From the NCBI RefSeq assembly GCF_009834535.1, contig NC_045696.1:118422001-118486000 (forward strand): a DNA stretch of 64,000 nt, read 5' to 3'. Below the pieces are notes generated by a model. The model made no database searches and was not told where the DNA came from. It saw only the letters and a list, made by a program, of their open reading frames with translations. This document shows, piece after piece, positions 25,373-38,304 of the stretch (its first letter is position 1; the number at the start of each line of letters is the position of its first letter). This stretch comes from Camelus ferus. Lineage: Eukaryota. Made by a program: the position numbers and the translations under genes.

Positions 25373-26084
25373 AGACATACTGGCAAAGTAACTGAAGCAA
25401 AACTACGTGTCATAAGACATCTGCAAATCCTTGATGTACGTATAGAACCCAAAAGAAAGTAGGTATTTCAGCTTCAAATAATTTCCATGAGATCCAGTGC
25501 ATCTCATCTCCAGCTCCTCTTGGTTGGTTCAGTGCTACTTTTTCTCGCTTTCTGTTTTAATTTGCTTTCTTTCTCTACCCATTTTGCAAGGTAGTGATAG
25601 AGTTTTCAGACAAGTTCCTAGTTCCTCGACCTGCCACTGTCTTATTACTACTGACCAAATGTTTCAGTCTACAATTTAGGGGTGCTAGTATTTCATGGTT
25701 AATATTTCATTTCACCTTTTAATTTTAAATGTATTTCAAAGCTATTAATGGAGAGTCCAGTTAGAATGAAGAGAACAGGCTTCTGTCAGTGCCAGCCTGC
25801 TAAGTCCTTGAAGGAGGCGGCTCTGGAAGGGATAGGGATGGTCAGGTGCCCCCAGATGGCTGATGATGCATCATTAGGACTTGATGCTTCACACCTGCAG
25901 CCTGAATGTGCCACAGTTGTTACCAGTAGCTATAGATGAATCCAAAGAATGGGATTGAGTCTGAAGAGAGGAGAGTGGCAAGTGAAATCAGAAAAAAAAA
26001 AAAAAGACAGCCAGGAAATATTTCACTAAGGTAAACTAGAAGCAATGGTAATTATAGGGAGTTTTGTTTAAAAGACACTCCTGT

Positions 26085-26255
26085 GTCTCTTGCTATTCAA
26101 AATGTGGTCCATTGACCAGCTGCACTGCATCACTTGGAAGCTTGGTAGAAATGCAAAATCTCAGGTCCCACATCAGGGTAGCCTCCTGACTAAGGATTCA
26201 CATTTTAACAAGATTCTCGGGAGATTTGACCGCACCGTAAAAATAGAGAATCCCT
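26085..26255 (+). mobile_element. MER5-family hAT-Charlie element
   Basis: tcaaaatgtggtcc...catcacttggaagcttggtagaaatgcaaaatctcaggtccca...cattttaacaagatt. Confidence 0.8.
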
Positions 26256-27229
26256 TTGCTTGCTATGTTAGGAGGCAGAAGGTTAGGTCAGGGATTGGTA
26301 GAGAAAACATAGAGTTAATAAGAAATGTCTCACTTTTATATGGAGTTGGCGTCTATGCAGCTGTGGCAGTTCTAAGGGGGCTTTTCAACAAATACACACT
26401 GCTATTGCAATTGTAGGAGGAATTATTTATTGGCCTGACTTACTTGATTGTGGAATAAATCCAATATGGAAGTATGAAATTTGAGTAATAATTTTTTTTA
26501 AGTTTCAATTTTACTTGTTTCTTTCCCAGATAAGAAGTTAGAGTTCAAGGTGGTATTATAAGTGTGAAGGGGGCTACAACCAAGAGATGATTTAGATTTC
26601 ATTTAAAAAAATTCTAAGCTTAGACTTCCTCAATTTGTTTTTTAAAGAATGGTAGAAGTGTTTAGATTTTGACATTTTAAAAACTCAGTTGCTTCATCTC
26701 AGGATGTTAAAAAAGGCAAGTGTATTAACTTTTTTTATGCTACCAAAAGAAAAGTTTAGGTTTCTAATTTTAAGTAACTTGTCACACCATTCTTAAAATT
26801 TAATTTAGAGCTATGAAAAAATCAATTATAGCTAATTCTCAATAATTCATATTAAGAAGCAAGAATACTCTTAGTGAATATTTTGTGAAATAAGTGAATA
26901 AGAATTTCAAAAGACTAGGTTATTTAGAATTAAGAGACTAAACCAGGCTTACTTAGATATATAAAGTCATCATTTAACAAGTGGTTTCAGGTGCTTGATT
27001 TCATGTGCCCTTCTAACCTCTCTCTGAGGTAGACAAAGCAAATGATACGGAGTCTCAAGGAAGCTGACTAGCTTAACAAAGTACTTAAAGCTGGCACTAA
27101 ATGGAGTTATGTCTAAATTTACACTATTTCAGACTCCTGAGCCAAATACCACCCTGTTTTGAAAGCATAAAACACAGAAACACCCCAGGTTGTAAAACAT
27201 ATAGGTAAAAATATATAAAGATAAATTTT

Positions 27230-28260
27230 TAATTGCTGGTTAACTTATATACATTGTCAACCTAGTACAGCAATGAACTGTTCTGTGGAACAGAACAGAA
27301 AGTCCACAGACAGATTCAAGTATGTGTAAGAATTAATGTCTGCTAGCAGTAGGCAGACAGTGAGTGTGTTCTGCGTGCTCACGTGTACTGACGTGATAAA
27401 GGTGACTTCACATTTATGGAGAAGGATAAATTGTTGAGTCAAGTGTTGAGGGAGTTGTCTACTTGGGAAAAATTGGTCCTTACTCCAGCCATTCGCTGAA
27501 GTTAATTCCACAGAGATTTAAAAATAAAAAGTAAAAGTACAAAAAACTAGACAAAATAGTTGAATATTAAGTATTCTTAGATATGGGGAGGCCTTTCTGT
27601 GTATGATTTCAAAGCAAGAAAACCATGAAGAGGATTAAGAGGTTTTAGAAAGTAAAAATGTTAAATGTTTGGGAGAAAACACCATCAACTGAAGGACAAA
27701 CTGCAAAAAAGTATTTACAACTATGTCACAAAGGATTAACGGCCTTAATATATTAAAACCTCTTACAGATAAATACAAAGAGGAATAACAACTGAATAGA
27801 GAAGTGGGAAGACTGTAGAAACATTTTGCTGTATATATGTGTGTGTGTGTGTGTGTCTGTATGCACATAAAGACTAATAAACATAAAATTTAACTCAGCA
27901 ATCAAAGCCATGTTGATTAAAGCAACAGTGATACATCATTTTTGCCTATTGGATTAGCAAAGGGAAAACCAAAATAATGCAGCATGCGTTGGGGAAGTTG
28001 CATGGAAAGCATTGATTTGTTTCAAAATGCATTAAAATGTACATTAAAAATGTACATAACCTTTATCCTCCAGTTCCATTACTGGGAATTTATTCCAGAA
28101 AAGTAATTAATGATATGCAGAGATTTTGCTTTAGAGGCTTTTTGGCGATATCATTTATGATACTGAAAAATTCTGTGAATTTAAATGCCTAAACATAGAG
28201 GACTAGTTCAGTAGTTAACAGTCTATCTGTATGATGGAATACTGCTATTCAGCCACTTTA
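27230..28260 (+). mobile_element. Old L1 (L1ME-like) ORF2 end and 3' region, continuing after 29160
   Basis: gaacagaacagaaagtccaca, attaaagcaacagtgatacatcatttt and cagttccattactgggaatttattc; includes a short (TG)n at ~27838-27856. Confidence 0.7.
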
Positions 28261-29158
28261 TTTAATTTTTTTTTAATTGAAGTATAGTTGATCTACAATA
28301 TTGTGTTAGTTTCAGGTGTACAGTAAAGTGATTCAGTTACACATATATATGTATCTATATTCCTTTTTTTTTCAATTCTTTTCCATTATAGTTTATTACA
28401 AGATACTCAGTACCCTATGCTATACAGTAAATCTGTGTTGTTTGTCCTTTTTTTATATATATAGTAGTGTGCATCTGTTAATCCCAAACTCCCAATTTAT
28501 CCCTTCTCCTTCCTTCTTTGGTATCTGTAAGTTTGTTATCTATGTCTGTGAGTATGTTTCTGTTTTGTAAATAAGTTCATTTGTACTATTTTTTAGATTC
28601 TACATATAAATGCTATCATATGATATTTGTCTTTCTCTGACTTACTTCACTTAGTATGGTTATCTCTAGGCCCATCCATGTTGCTTCAAATGGCATTATT
28701 TCATTCTTTTTTATAGCTGAGTAGTAATTCTATTTTCTTTATCCAGTCATCTGTTGATGGACATTTAGGTTGTTTCCTGGTCTTGGCTATGGTAAGTAAA
28801 TGGTGCTGCTGTGAAAATTGGGGTGCATGTGTCTTTTGAATTAGAGTTTTCTCTGGATATATGCCCAGGTATGGGGTTGCTGGATCATAGGATAACTCGT
28901 CTTAACTTTTAAGGAATCTTCATGCTGTTTCCTATAGTGGCTGCACCAATTTACATTCCCACCAATAGTGCAGGAGGGTTCCCTTTTCTCCACACCCTCT
29001 CCAGCATTTATTATTAGGCTTTTTGATGATGGCCATTCTGACTGGTGTGAGGTGATAACTCACTGTGGTTTTGATATGCATTTCTCTAATAATTAAGTGA
29101 TGTTGAGCATCTTTTCATGTGCTTATTGGCCATCTGAATATATTTGAAGAAATGTCTC
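28261..29158 (-). mobile_element. 5'-truncated artiodactyl-type L1 (~0.9 kb)
   Basis: T-rich tail then ttgaagtatagttgatctacaatattgtgttagtttcagg (3' UTR) and the antisense ORF2 C-terminus (ggccattctgactggtgtgaggtg); flanked by a diverged target duplication. Confidence 0.92.
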
Positions 29159-29499
29159 TGTCTACAATGGAACACTATTCAGCTACTTTAAATCACTCTT
29201 TAGAGAGAAATAGTTGTTGACAGAAAAAGGATTATAATATACATATTATGAGCATATTTTTATTATAAAATAAATGTGTTTGTATCTTATATATGCATAG
29301 AAGTGGAATTGGAAAGCCATAATCCATGATTATTTCAGGGCTATGAGATTATGGGTAACTTTCTGTTTTCCTCTTTGTGCTTTTATTTTCTGTCTTTTCT
29401 GAGACAAATACTGATTACTTTTGTAATAAGGAAAAGTAATAAAGTCAACCTTGACATTAGCTGATATGTCGAAAAATACATAAAACCAATTATTTTTAA

Positions 29500-30260
29500 T
29501 GCAGATCAAACATTTCCCTTTAATTCAGCACTTATTATGTGCTGGTGCTGACTCCAGAAATACAGCTCAAAGGATTGATTCATCATGGAATAAAGAAGAC
29601 ACTGTGTAAATAAAAGGCCTGTGACTCTGAAAGACTTATGTAGAGACACAGGTCGATGTGCTGGTAGCTCGGATGGAGAATGGTCATCTGGGCTTCATGA
29701 TAGTCAGGAGGCGGGTCAGGCAAGAAGAGGTAATTTCAGAAAGGTTTTGAAGCTGTTCCCAAAATCCATGGAAAGGACAGCATTTCTGTTGTGTGGAAAA
29801 GTGGCAAGGAGATCATGACTTTGTGATCTGCAGAAGGGCTAAAATGTGGGCTGCATGTGGGGAAGTGGCCAAAAATGAGTCTCAGCAGGTATTCAGGAGT
29901 GTAGATGCCAGAGTAAGGCGTTCATCAGGTGAACAGTGCAAGGCAGCGTTGATCAGATTTGCATTTTAGGAAGCTCTGTCTGGCGGCAGAATGGTCCTAA
30001 ATAGGATGGCAGCAAGGAGACAGAGAATGGGTGCAGCATCAGGCAGGGGAGGGAAGGTGTTTGGCAGGGGAGTTGCAGAGGGAAGAATGACTCCAAGTCA
30101 GAGTGATGTGTCTTGGCCCTCATGGACTGGAGACGGGGAGGGGGAGCTTAAGGGCGAGGAGCCATTAGCTCCACCCTCTACTGCAGACCCAGCAGGAGTG
30201 GGCTGTGTGCAGTGTTGAGTCCTGTGTCAGAGGCTTGAGTTTGAGTTGCCTGTTCAAATC
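29500..30260 (-). mobile_element. Degenerate L2 LINE
   Basis: cagcacttattatgtgctggtgctg tail, gatcagatttgcattttaggaagctctgtctggcggcag and gagtttgagttgcctgt. Confidence 0.65.
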
Positions 30261-30429
30261 TGTATCTGTTACAGTAATGGATTGCAATTTCTTACTGCAG
30301 TTTTTAGCCTGAATTTTCCTTTTACAGTCATTTGTAATGTGCTGTTAACATCTTCCCAGACACTTGGCTGCATGTAAATGTGGTGGTTTAAAAGTTTTCC
30401 TTTAAATGCCTTTTACTAGAAGGCTCTAT

Positions 30430-30610
30430 AACATGAACTCAGTTCCGCTAGGCGTGACCTTGGAAAAGTGACCTGTGTGCCCTCAGCTCCAGTTTCTCAT
30501 CTGCTAAATGGGTGCAATAGCTTTAAAGAGTTCAGAATTAAATGAAATGCCACTTCATTTAAATCTCACTGTAGTAATCACTGGAATAAATGTTACCCAG
30601 TGTGATTTAT
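30430..30610 (+). mobile_element. MIR SINE
   Basis: gtgaccttggaaaagtgac...cagtttctcatctgctaaatggg core. Confidence 0.8.
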
Positions 30611-33600
30611 TATAACTTAAGACAAGTGTTTTATAGGAAAATACAGCTTTATAGCAGACATACTACAGAAAATATTTATCTGCACATTTTTTCTAAAGAT
30701 AAAATTAAAATATATCTGCTGTGTAAAACTAAAGGAATTCTGTACATATTAATGTGACATTTTCAGAGACTTGAAGAGGTGAGTGCTACAGCCCAGGAGT
30801 TTATCTGACAAGGATGTGATCTGGTGGTGACTGATGAAATTAGCAAAGAAAGAGCAGGGACACATCTGGAGCTCTGGGTGACTGAGAGAAGGAGACATAC
30901 ACTGCGGGACCCAGCCTGCACTTACAAGTATGTGTGCGTTGGGTGAAATTGCTTAGATCCCTGGGAAAGAAGCTGGTTCCCGCCGTCACTAACCCGACTC
31001 CGCCGTGGGGACGTACCCACCCCTCTTCTAACCCCCTGCTCTTTGCTCTCTTCTGGGAAGAGTGTAGACTCCACAGGACAACACTCCAAGGTCTTCAGGG
31101 TGTGTTGACCTCGCCACTCTCAGTTTCCTAACATGAAACAAGTCACAGTGTTAAAGTCACAGTGACAGACTTAGCCCGGACTTCTTCTTTGGCAGACATG
31201 CCCTTTCTCCATCTGCTGACTCTAAACCGGGTGTTAGTGAGCTCTTCCTTCTCACTCGGAGGCCGTGGGTGTGCCCAGCGCCTCAGCATGGTCACACGCA
31301 AGCACTGCTGCGGCCACCTCCCTGCTTGTGGTGGCAGCTGGACTTAGATACGGGCCAGCTTCTTTTTTGGGGGGGGATCTCAGCCTCTCGCTTGCCCAAA
31401 GACCCCCTTCTCCCCCGTGTGGTTGTTCGTGCCCCAGAAGCAGACTCGTGGGCTGCTTCTCATTGTGAGCTTCCCAAACTGAAGGTTTGCAGGCAAGAGC
31501 TGGGTATCGGTCTGGTGCCTTCATGTTGGGACCCATCCCCAGTGTGGAGGGGACCCAAGTACAAGATGGCACGAGATGGCAACTGGGTTCTTCCTCCCCC
31601 GCTGTGTTCCCAAAGCCCCCACTTCCATCTGGGAGCTCTGGGCTGCCTGAAGGGTTTGTAAACACACAGTGGGAACTGTTTACCATCCTCGTTCTTTCTA
31701 GGAGAACTGTCTGGCACATTCGCTACTGCTAGCAACTATTCTAAAGCTTTATTTATTTATTTTTTTACTATTAAATGAAGTGTTCTGTTTCTCACAGTAA
31801 CATTCATTCCTTTTCAAATTTAAAGTTTGTTTTCCTTAGTTGATCTTTTTAGTCTTCTGCTGCCAGGTCCTGGGCTGTTTTCTCTCTAGCATTAATTTTA
31901 GGTACTGACCAACATCTGCCTTTTTTTCCCCCTAAAGTGATCTCCTCATCCATGATTAAAAAGATTATATCCTCAGTTCTCTTAGATAAATTCATTGCAA
32001 ATGTCATGCAAAATGTTACAGGTGGTTAATTTTCTGCTGTATGGCGTGTGTGAGAGTATGTGTATATCCTTTTTCATGCCATATTTACAGATTTATGAAT
32101 TTCCCTGAATTACTAAGCATGGAAATCTGTGGGGACACAAAGATGACCAGTTATTATTGGTCACATTCTCTCTTCTCCTAGTCTGTTGTGACACACAAGT
32201 CACTAAGTGGTTTCTCAGAGAAACCATGGGTTGATGGGTCGTCACATAAGCTATTTGACATTTGTCCCCAGTCAGACCGGATGCCACATGAAAAATTTAC
32301 TCAGGCAAGAGGCTCGTAGGAATAAACAGTTCTCCAGTGTTGCTCACAGGGGACTCGGCAAGGTGAGCGGAACTTCAACTTGTCACGGATGCACTGTTCT
32401 GACAAACATAAGTAGATGCTAATGGCTAAATCGTGACAGAATCGAGTCCCACAACCATATGGCTAATTGCCACAACAATATCTTCGGTGTTATTAATCAA
32501 GTTTTCATAGTGAGCCATGATAATTGGAATAATTAGAAACAGCATAGGCCTTGCCTGGCTCCACGATGCATTTTGCAGACAGGGACCTCAAACAACCACG
32601 ATTGCACATCTCATGCTGGATTGTTTAGTGCTATCTTTTCCTCAAAAATACTTGGGTTAATTGATGAATTAACTGCTTGCCATTGGTGCATTTTGTGGGA
32701 GCTTCTGCAGGAGCCCAAGTGTCTCCGTGAAACCACCCCAACCCCTGTGTGTCAGTGTAAACGGGCAGTATTCCTTTAAGGCAGCAAGAGAAATCTGCCC
32801 ATCTTGGGTCTGATGGTTTGAAAGATGAATTCATTGTACACTAATTTGGATGATGGACATTCATTTTTTGGTCATATATTTCCCGTTTTAGCTAATTTAG
32901 TTAAGAAAATGAGGAATTAGAAAGCAATTGAATAAATTACAAGATATAAGTATTTGCATAATTTGTTTCAGGCAAATACTATCTAATAGCACTCCCAAAA
33001 TGAATTATTTTGAGCATGTCTCTCAATTATGGATGAAGTAAATATTACCATGTTTAATATCACAATTGAAACTTATATTTTCATGTCGCTAATATTGAAA
33101 TAGACTCTCTTCAGCAATTTATAAGCTAATCTCCACTCCTTCATCTTACTAGTGGAACAAGAACTCATTTGTGTTCGGCTCCGTGTTCTAATTAAGGGGG
33201 CTTCTCAGGCTGCTCTGCTTTGTTGGGTGGTGACTGGACAGGAGAGACACAAGATTGATGACAACCAGCGCCTTGCTGGGACCAAAGCATCTCGGCAAAT
33301 GGATGAAGGCAAATGGTTGTTGTCACTGTCTGTGTTTAAGCAGCTTCGCTAATTATTTTTGAATATATAGGTAGTCATACCTTTGAATTCTGCGCCGTCT
33401 CAGGTTTTGTCTTCCTGCCCTTTTCTGTCCCCTTGCTTTCTTTAACTAGAGATAAAATCATACTACATTCTTCTAAAATTTAAGATTCTCTTGTGTCTTT
33501 GGTTAAGAAGTATCCCCCTCAGATGGAAATAAGTAATTAGAAATACAGTTTCAGTATAACTTTAGAATTAACTAGCCCCCAAACCTTTGCTTCGGCAATC

Positions 33601-34069
33601 CCCGAACACCACAAAATTGAAAAATCTCTGTGTTACTCAGTTTCTTTTAGTTAAGGGGGGGTCTCCTCTTCCCCCTACCTTTTTTTTTTTTTTTTTTTTT
33701 TTGCCCCTCTGTGGTTGGAGTGAGACTATATTAGGAAAATTGAAAGTTAAAGATAAGACAGCAAAAATAATCCAATTTTTTTTCTTTCAGTCAACTCAAT
33801 GATTATTTATTCACTTTGTGGATAAAATGATTTAGATCTTTTTCTTCTTCCTCCTACTTTGTCCTTTTGCTATTCATTAGGATGGGCAAGGAAAAATATG
33901 AGGCTATTCATTTTGGTACTCATTAACAGTTTTTAAAAAATTGGTGTAGAGTGAAATATTTAACCAATGTCTAAAATGAAGCTTGGAGTACATGTAGATT
34001 TTGTTTATTCATGTCCTGCTTTCAATAAGGTGTCATTGTGTTCTTCATTTAAACTTCAGGTTTACCCTT

Positions 34070-34440
34070 TGTGTCAGTCAGAATGCATTTGGCTGCAAGT
34101 TACAGAAAACCTCACCTCAAACCAGCTCAAGCATTGGGGAACTTAATTATTTCATACAGCTGAAGTCTAGAAGTACTGCAACTCTGGGGCTCAGTTAAGG
34201 GCTGAAGAGTTTTCTCTGTTTAACCTCATCGTCCTTTTCTTAAGGCTCATTTCTCTTGTAATCCCAAATGATTTGGGGGCCACAGCCTTCCTTGTTCTAG
34301 CCTGGCAGGGGAGAGGCAATGAAACCTTTCATCCAATACTAAACAACAGTTCCTTTCAGTCCAGTTGGACCAAATTAGAACAGTTTGACTTTCCCAAACC
34401 AAGAAGAGTTTCCAAGGAGAATATCATATACTGTTTACCT
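34070..34440 (-). mobile_element. MLT1-type MaLR LTR
   Basis: tgtcagtcagaatgcatttggctgcaagttacagaaaacc...gaagtctagaagta. Confidence 0.7.
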
Positions 34441-34467
34441 TAGACTAGTGGGAGTCTGCCTTTAGAA

Positions 34468-34656
34468 CAGTGGTTCTTAAATTGTGGCCTCTGGACCACC
34501 AGTGTCAACATTTCCTGGGAAGTTGTTAGAAATGAAAATTTGGTGGCTCCACCTTAGACCCACTGGATCAGAAATTCTAGGGCTGGAGCCAAGCCATCTG
34601 TGTTTTTCAAAAACCCTCCAGATAATTCTGGCGCATGCTATATTTGAGAACCGCTG
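34468..34656 (+). mobile_element. MER5A, apparently full length (189 bp)
   Basis: Terminal inverted repeats cagtggttcttaaa / tttgagaaccgctg; internal gttagaaatg, gatcagaaattct and atctgtgtttt. Confidence 0.9.
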
Positions 34657-34902
34657 ACCACCAGGCCAAGGCATGCTGTCGACTTTCTTGTGAAGAACGT
34701 TGGAGAGGCGTGCCTGGCTGTGCTCAATCAAGTTCGTTTAGGAAGGACTGAGGCCAGAATAGATTCCTGGTAGGCGATCACCTTCTCTGTACTTCAAGAC
34801 AAAAAAAAGTAAAATATGTTTTCTCTTGTAACAAAATTATTTGTATGGGATGTACATCATCTGTCATGGAACTCAACTATACCAAATTATTTTCCTGTTA
34901 AA

Positions 34903-35372
34903 TGTGGCAGACAGTGCTTTTTACCCACTAATATCCATTCACCTTTTCTTCCTTACTAAAGTAAGTTTGATTTAGAGTCTGTTGGATTTTTGTTGTTGTC
35001 TGTGGAATGACATTCTACCCACCCTCAGGTGTGCAGTGTGACGCAGTTCTGACCAACTACGTTTCATCTCCAGTCAGCGGGTGAGGAGTTAGGTCAGAGA
35101 TTTGCTTTCCTGGCATAGGCCCCACCCCTTCTCTTAGCACTTTCTCTTTCCTTCCTCTGTGGCGGCTGTAGATGCAGCACGCATTTTACATCTCTGAGCG
35201 GATGCCCAGGAGAATTTCAGAAATCTCAGCCCTGACATCTTTAAGCTGTAGAACCAAAGCTAGCAATCACAGACTTCAGCCATTTCTAACATGAGACAAA
35301 AAGAAATCTCATATCTAAGACACTGTTGAGTTTCCTTCTTACTTGCAACCAAATGCAACCTTTACTGATTAA
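34903..35372 (+). mobile_element. MLT1-type MaLR LTR
   Basis: Starts tgtggcagac, contains ttcttccttactaa and cagttctgaccaa, ends tacttgcaaccaaatgca; opposite orientation to the 34.1 kb copy. Confidence 0.7.
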
Positions 35373-35479
35373 GTAACATAGTATAATTGATTTTTTTTTA
35401 ACAATTATGGAAGCACACAGCTTTCCTGTTTCTAAATTCTTTCCCCTGTTTTCTGGACTTACTGCTCATATCATTGTAA

Positions 35480-35712
35480 AGCACTTACATAGGGGCTAAG
35501 TCCACATGCTTTATCTAGCCTTGAGTCTCCCCTCTCTATATCTTACTATGGTTGGCAAGTAATATAAATTCATTACAAAATGGTTTTCTGAAATGTAAAA
35601 TGAGAATAATAATACTTTACTTGACTGTTCAAGGGATTAAATATGTTAACGGATATACCCCATTAGGCCCATGCCTGACACCTTTTCAGCTTTGAAAAAT
35701 GGTGGCTATCTG
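35480..35712 (+). mobile_element. MIR SINE
   Basis: ttggcaagt...tgtaaaatgagaataataatac...gggattaaat...atgcctgacac. Confidence 0.7.
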
Positions 35713-37169
35713 TTGTTGAAGCTCGGTGAAGATGGGAAGTAACCTCTGTCGGTAAATATTATACTGTTGAGCAGCGCAGGGATAAAGGCATAGAAAATAA
35801 GAAGTCAGCATGAGCCTTATTTTGTTGCAACACTTATTTGGGCATCTTATTAGCAGTTTATAAAACTCTTCTTAGAAGCTCATTGTGTCAAAAGAAGATT
35901 TCCAGTAAGTATGAATATGCATTTTGTTTCTTCTGTCTAGATAGCACCTCAACCCTTTTTGTCTTTAAGGAAAATTATTACTGAAATTCTCCAACATAGG
36001 AGCTGAAATCCATCCTGCATAATTTGATATTCTTTAAAATTCAAACTGGATCACGTAGATTCTTTCCTTTAGCGGGTAGGATCCATGCCTATTTAATTTG
36101 TGTTCTGCGGAATGTAAAACAGTTAAGTGTACAAGTGGGCATTCATAAAACTTTTTGCTGATAGAAAAAGTAGAGCAATTATTACTAAGGAATGGCTTTC
36201 TATATTTCTCAGTCTGGAAGTTGTGGTTCTGCTAGGTAGAATCTTGAATGGGTCCTTCTCATTACAGTCTACAGTCATTCATTGCACAGCTGCCCTGACC
36301 CCCAGAAAGATAGTGAGTGGGTCAGGGCAAAGGTCTTAGCACTATGTAAATATCAGAGCTGTCACCTATAAAATACGCATATTGTGATCTTCTGCCCTTA
36401 CGTATCCTGTTAATACTTATCTGTACTTCAAGTAACAGCCATATTTGATTCTTACTTTTTTTTTTTTTGATGGGAAAAAACTTACTGAAGGCCCCTTGTC
36501 AGATAAGACCATGACTTGCCAAGATATGTTTAGCAATACAATCCATTAAAATAATTAACCAAATTAATATTTACCATTTTCAAAGTGATCTTTTAAGAAA
36601 TAATTGCTTTTCTTATCTTTTGGGTATATGTACTCAGACTCAGAGTCTTAGACCAAGTTCAAATCTCTATCATCTTATTTTGATTAAAAAGGTACATGGA
36701 TAATTAATTTTATAAAGGTTTTAGTATTATTCTAAGCTGACTGGCTTATCTGTGCTTTATCTGTGGATTTTTTTCCTCTAAAATTGAATGAAGTATTTGC
36801 TTTTTAAATACACAAAGTCAGATCACTTTGGAAGGCGTAAAGAAAACTATCAGCTCCAATTACCCATTTTACTATCAGACTCAGAAGAACTTGAGATAGT
36901 CAAAGGAAAAATAAGGAAAATTCTCCCTTGTCCTGAATCCTTTTGGTACAATTCTATCGAAATATGAAGACCGTTTATATAGAGATTGATAACAAAAGCT
37001 GACTTACCAAGGCCTCAGTGTTTGATTTAGTAGATCCTGAAATGGAAGACCAGACCCCATCATCTTAGAACAAGAAAGGTGTATTTCCTGTTGTAAATGA
37101 GGTTATGTTTAAGGAGAATTAGGCTTTGTTTAAAGGCACCAATGAAGAAATGGAGAGAACCTCTGGTTT

Positions 37170-37330
37170 TATGGTCGGGCTGTTCTAGGTTCTAATCCTG
37201 ACCCCAGCCTTTCCATAGCTCTGCCACCGCTTCATATCTAAAATGGAGACAGAGTGATCACCTTCCAGAATTGATGTAAGGATAAAAGAAAATGGCATAT
37301 AAAGTATCCAAAGCAACAAATGTTAGCTCC
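37170..37330 (+). mobile_element. MIR fragment
   Basis: ctaggttctaatcctgaccc...atctaaaatggagac...gtaaggataaaag. Confidence 0.55.
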
Positions 37331-37559
37331 TCTATTAATCACCCAAGTCTGTAAGTACTCCAGGAAATTAGCATGAGTCTGAGTTTCTAAAGCTGACTTA
37401 GATGAGCCTTCCTGGTGGCTCATGAAGTCACGGCATCCTTTATGAAACATGTCGTCTCTGCCTCCTGACCTCCAGATTCCGACTCTCGTGGTCATGTCAG
37501 TGATCTCTCTACTTCCAGTTACTGTACCACCTGGAAGAGCTCCATCTCACACATGCTCC

Positions 37560-38304
37560 CCCCTGGCTTGTTCTCACCCCTTCCGTCTTCACATCTCCCA
37601 ACTCCAGCCTGACTCCCAGCTCTTTCCCCCACTGCCACTGCTTTTCCATCATCCTTTATGACACTAACATCCTCTGTTCCCCAGCCCCTTCTCCACTCCC
37701 TCATTTTAATTTCTCCCTTGGGTGTGCTCACAACACCCTTCTTCCTTCGTCCCTCTGTGTCACATGACTAGCAAAACTCAAACCCCACCTGTACCTGTAA
37801 GTAAGCAACTCAATGTGGCAGGGGGAAAAAAAAAAACAACCCATGCCTACTGAACTCACTTTCTGGAGCTTCAAGTGGGCCCTCAGCACTGCCCAGCAGC
37901 CGCCCTGTGCTTCCTGTCTTCTTAACCACCTGTCACCTCTCCAGCCACCCCTCCTCCCCATCTCCTCAAGCTCTGGCTCCTCATTTCACTGAGAACCTAG
38001 AAGGGAACTTCTCTTTATTCCCACAAGCATATCTTGCGGTCTCTCTTCATCTCTCCCTGCTCCCCTCCCAGACTGATCCTTATCTCTCCACTCAGGCTCT
38101 GGGTCCCTCTGTCTCCTACACAAAAAATTTGTTCCTGCACTTATATCCATTCGGTACCACTGCTACGGTAAGTCCCCCTCTGCTGTGTTAGTATTAGCAT
38201 TTGAACAGGCTGTCATCACTCTTGTCTGAAGGCATAAGCAACAAACACGAAATACCTACCTTGAGCATCAATCCCTCCCCAGCTACTTCCTGTTTCTCCT
38301 TCCT
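37560..38304 (+). mobile_element. Degenerate L2 LINE
   Basis: Pyrimidine-rich; aaactcaaacccc, ctcaagctctggctcctcatttcactgagaa and ccccagctacttcctgtttctcct are L2-like. Confidence 0.6.

Noticed and set aside
31162..31735. Cluster of overlapping ORFs up to 155 aa on both strands
   Set aside because: A locally GC-rich stretch lowers stop frequency; no domain or convincing exon structure, and part may be decayed L2.
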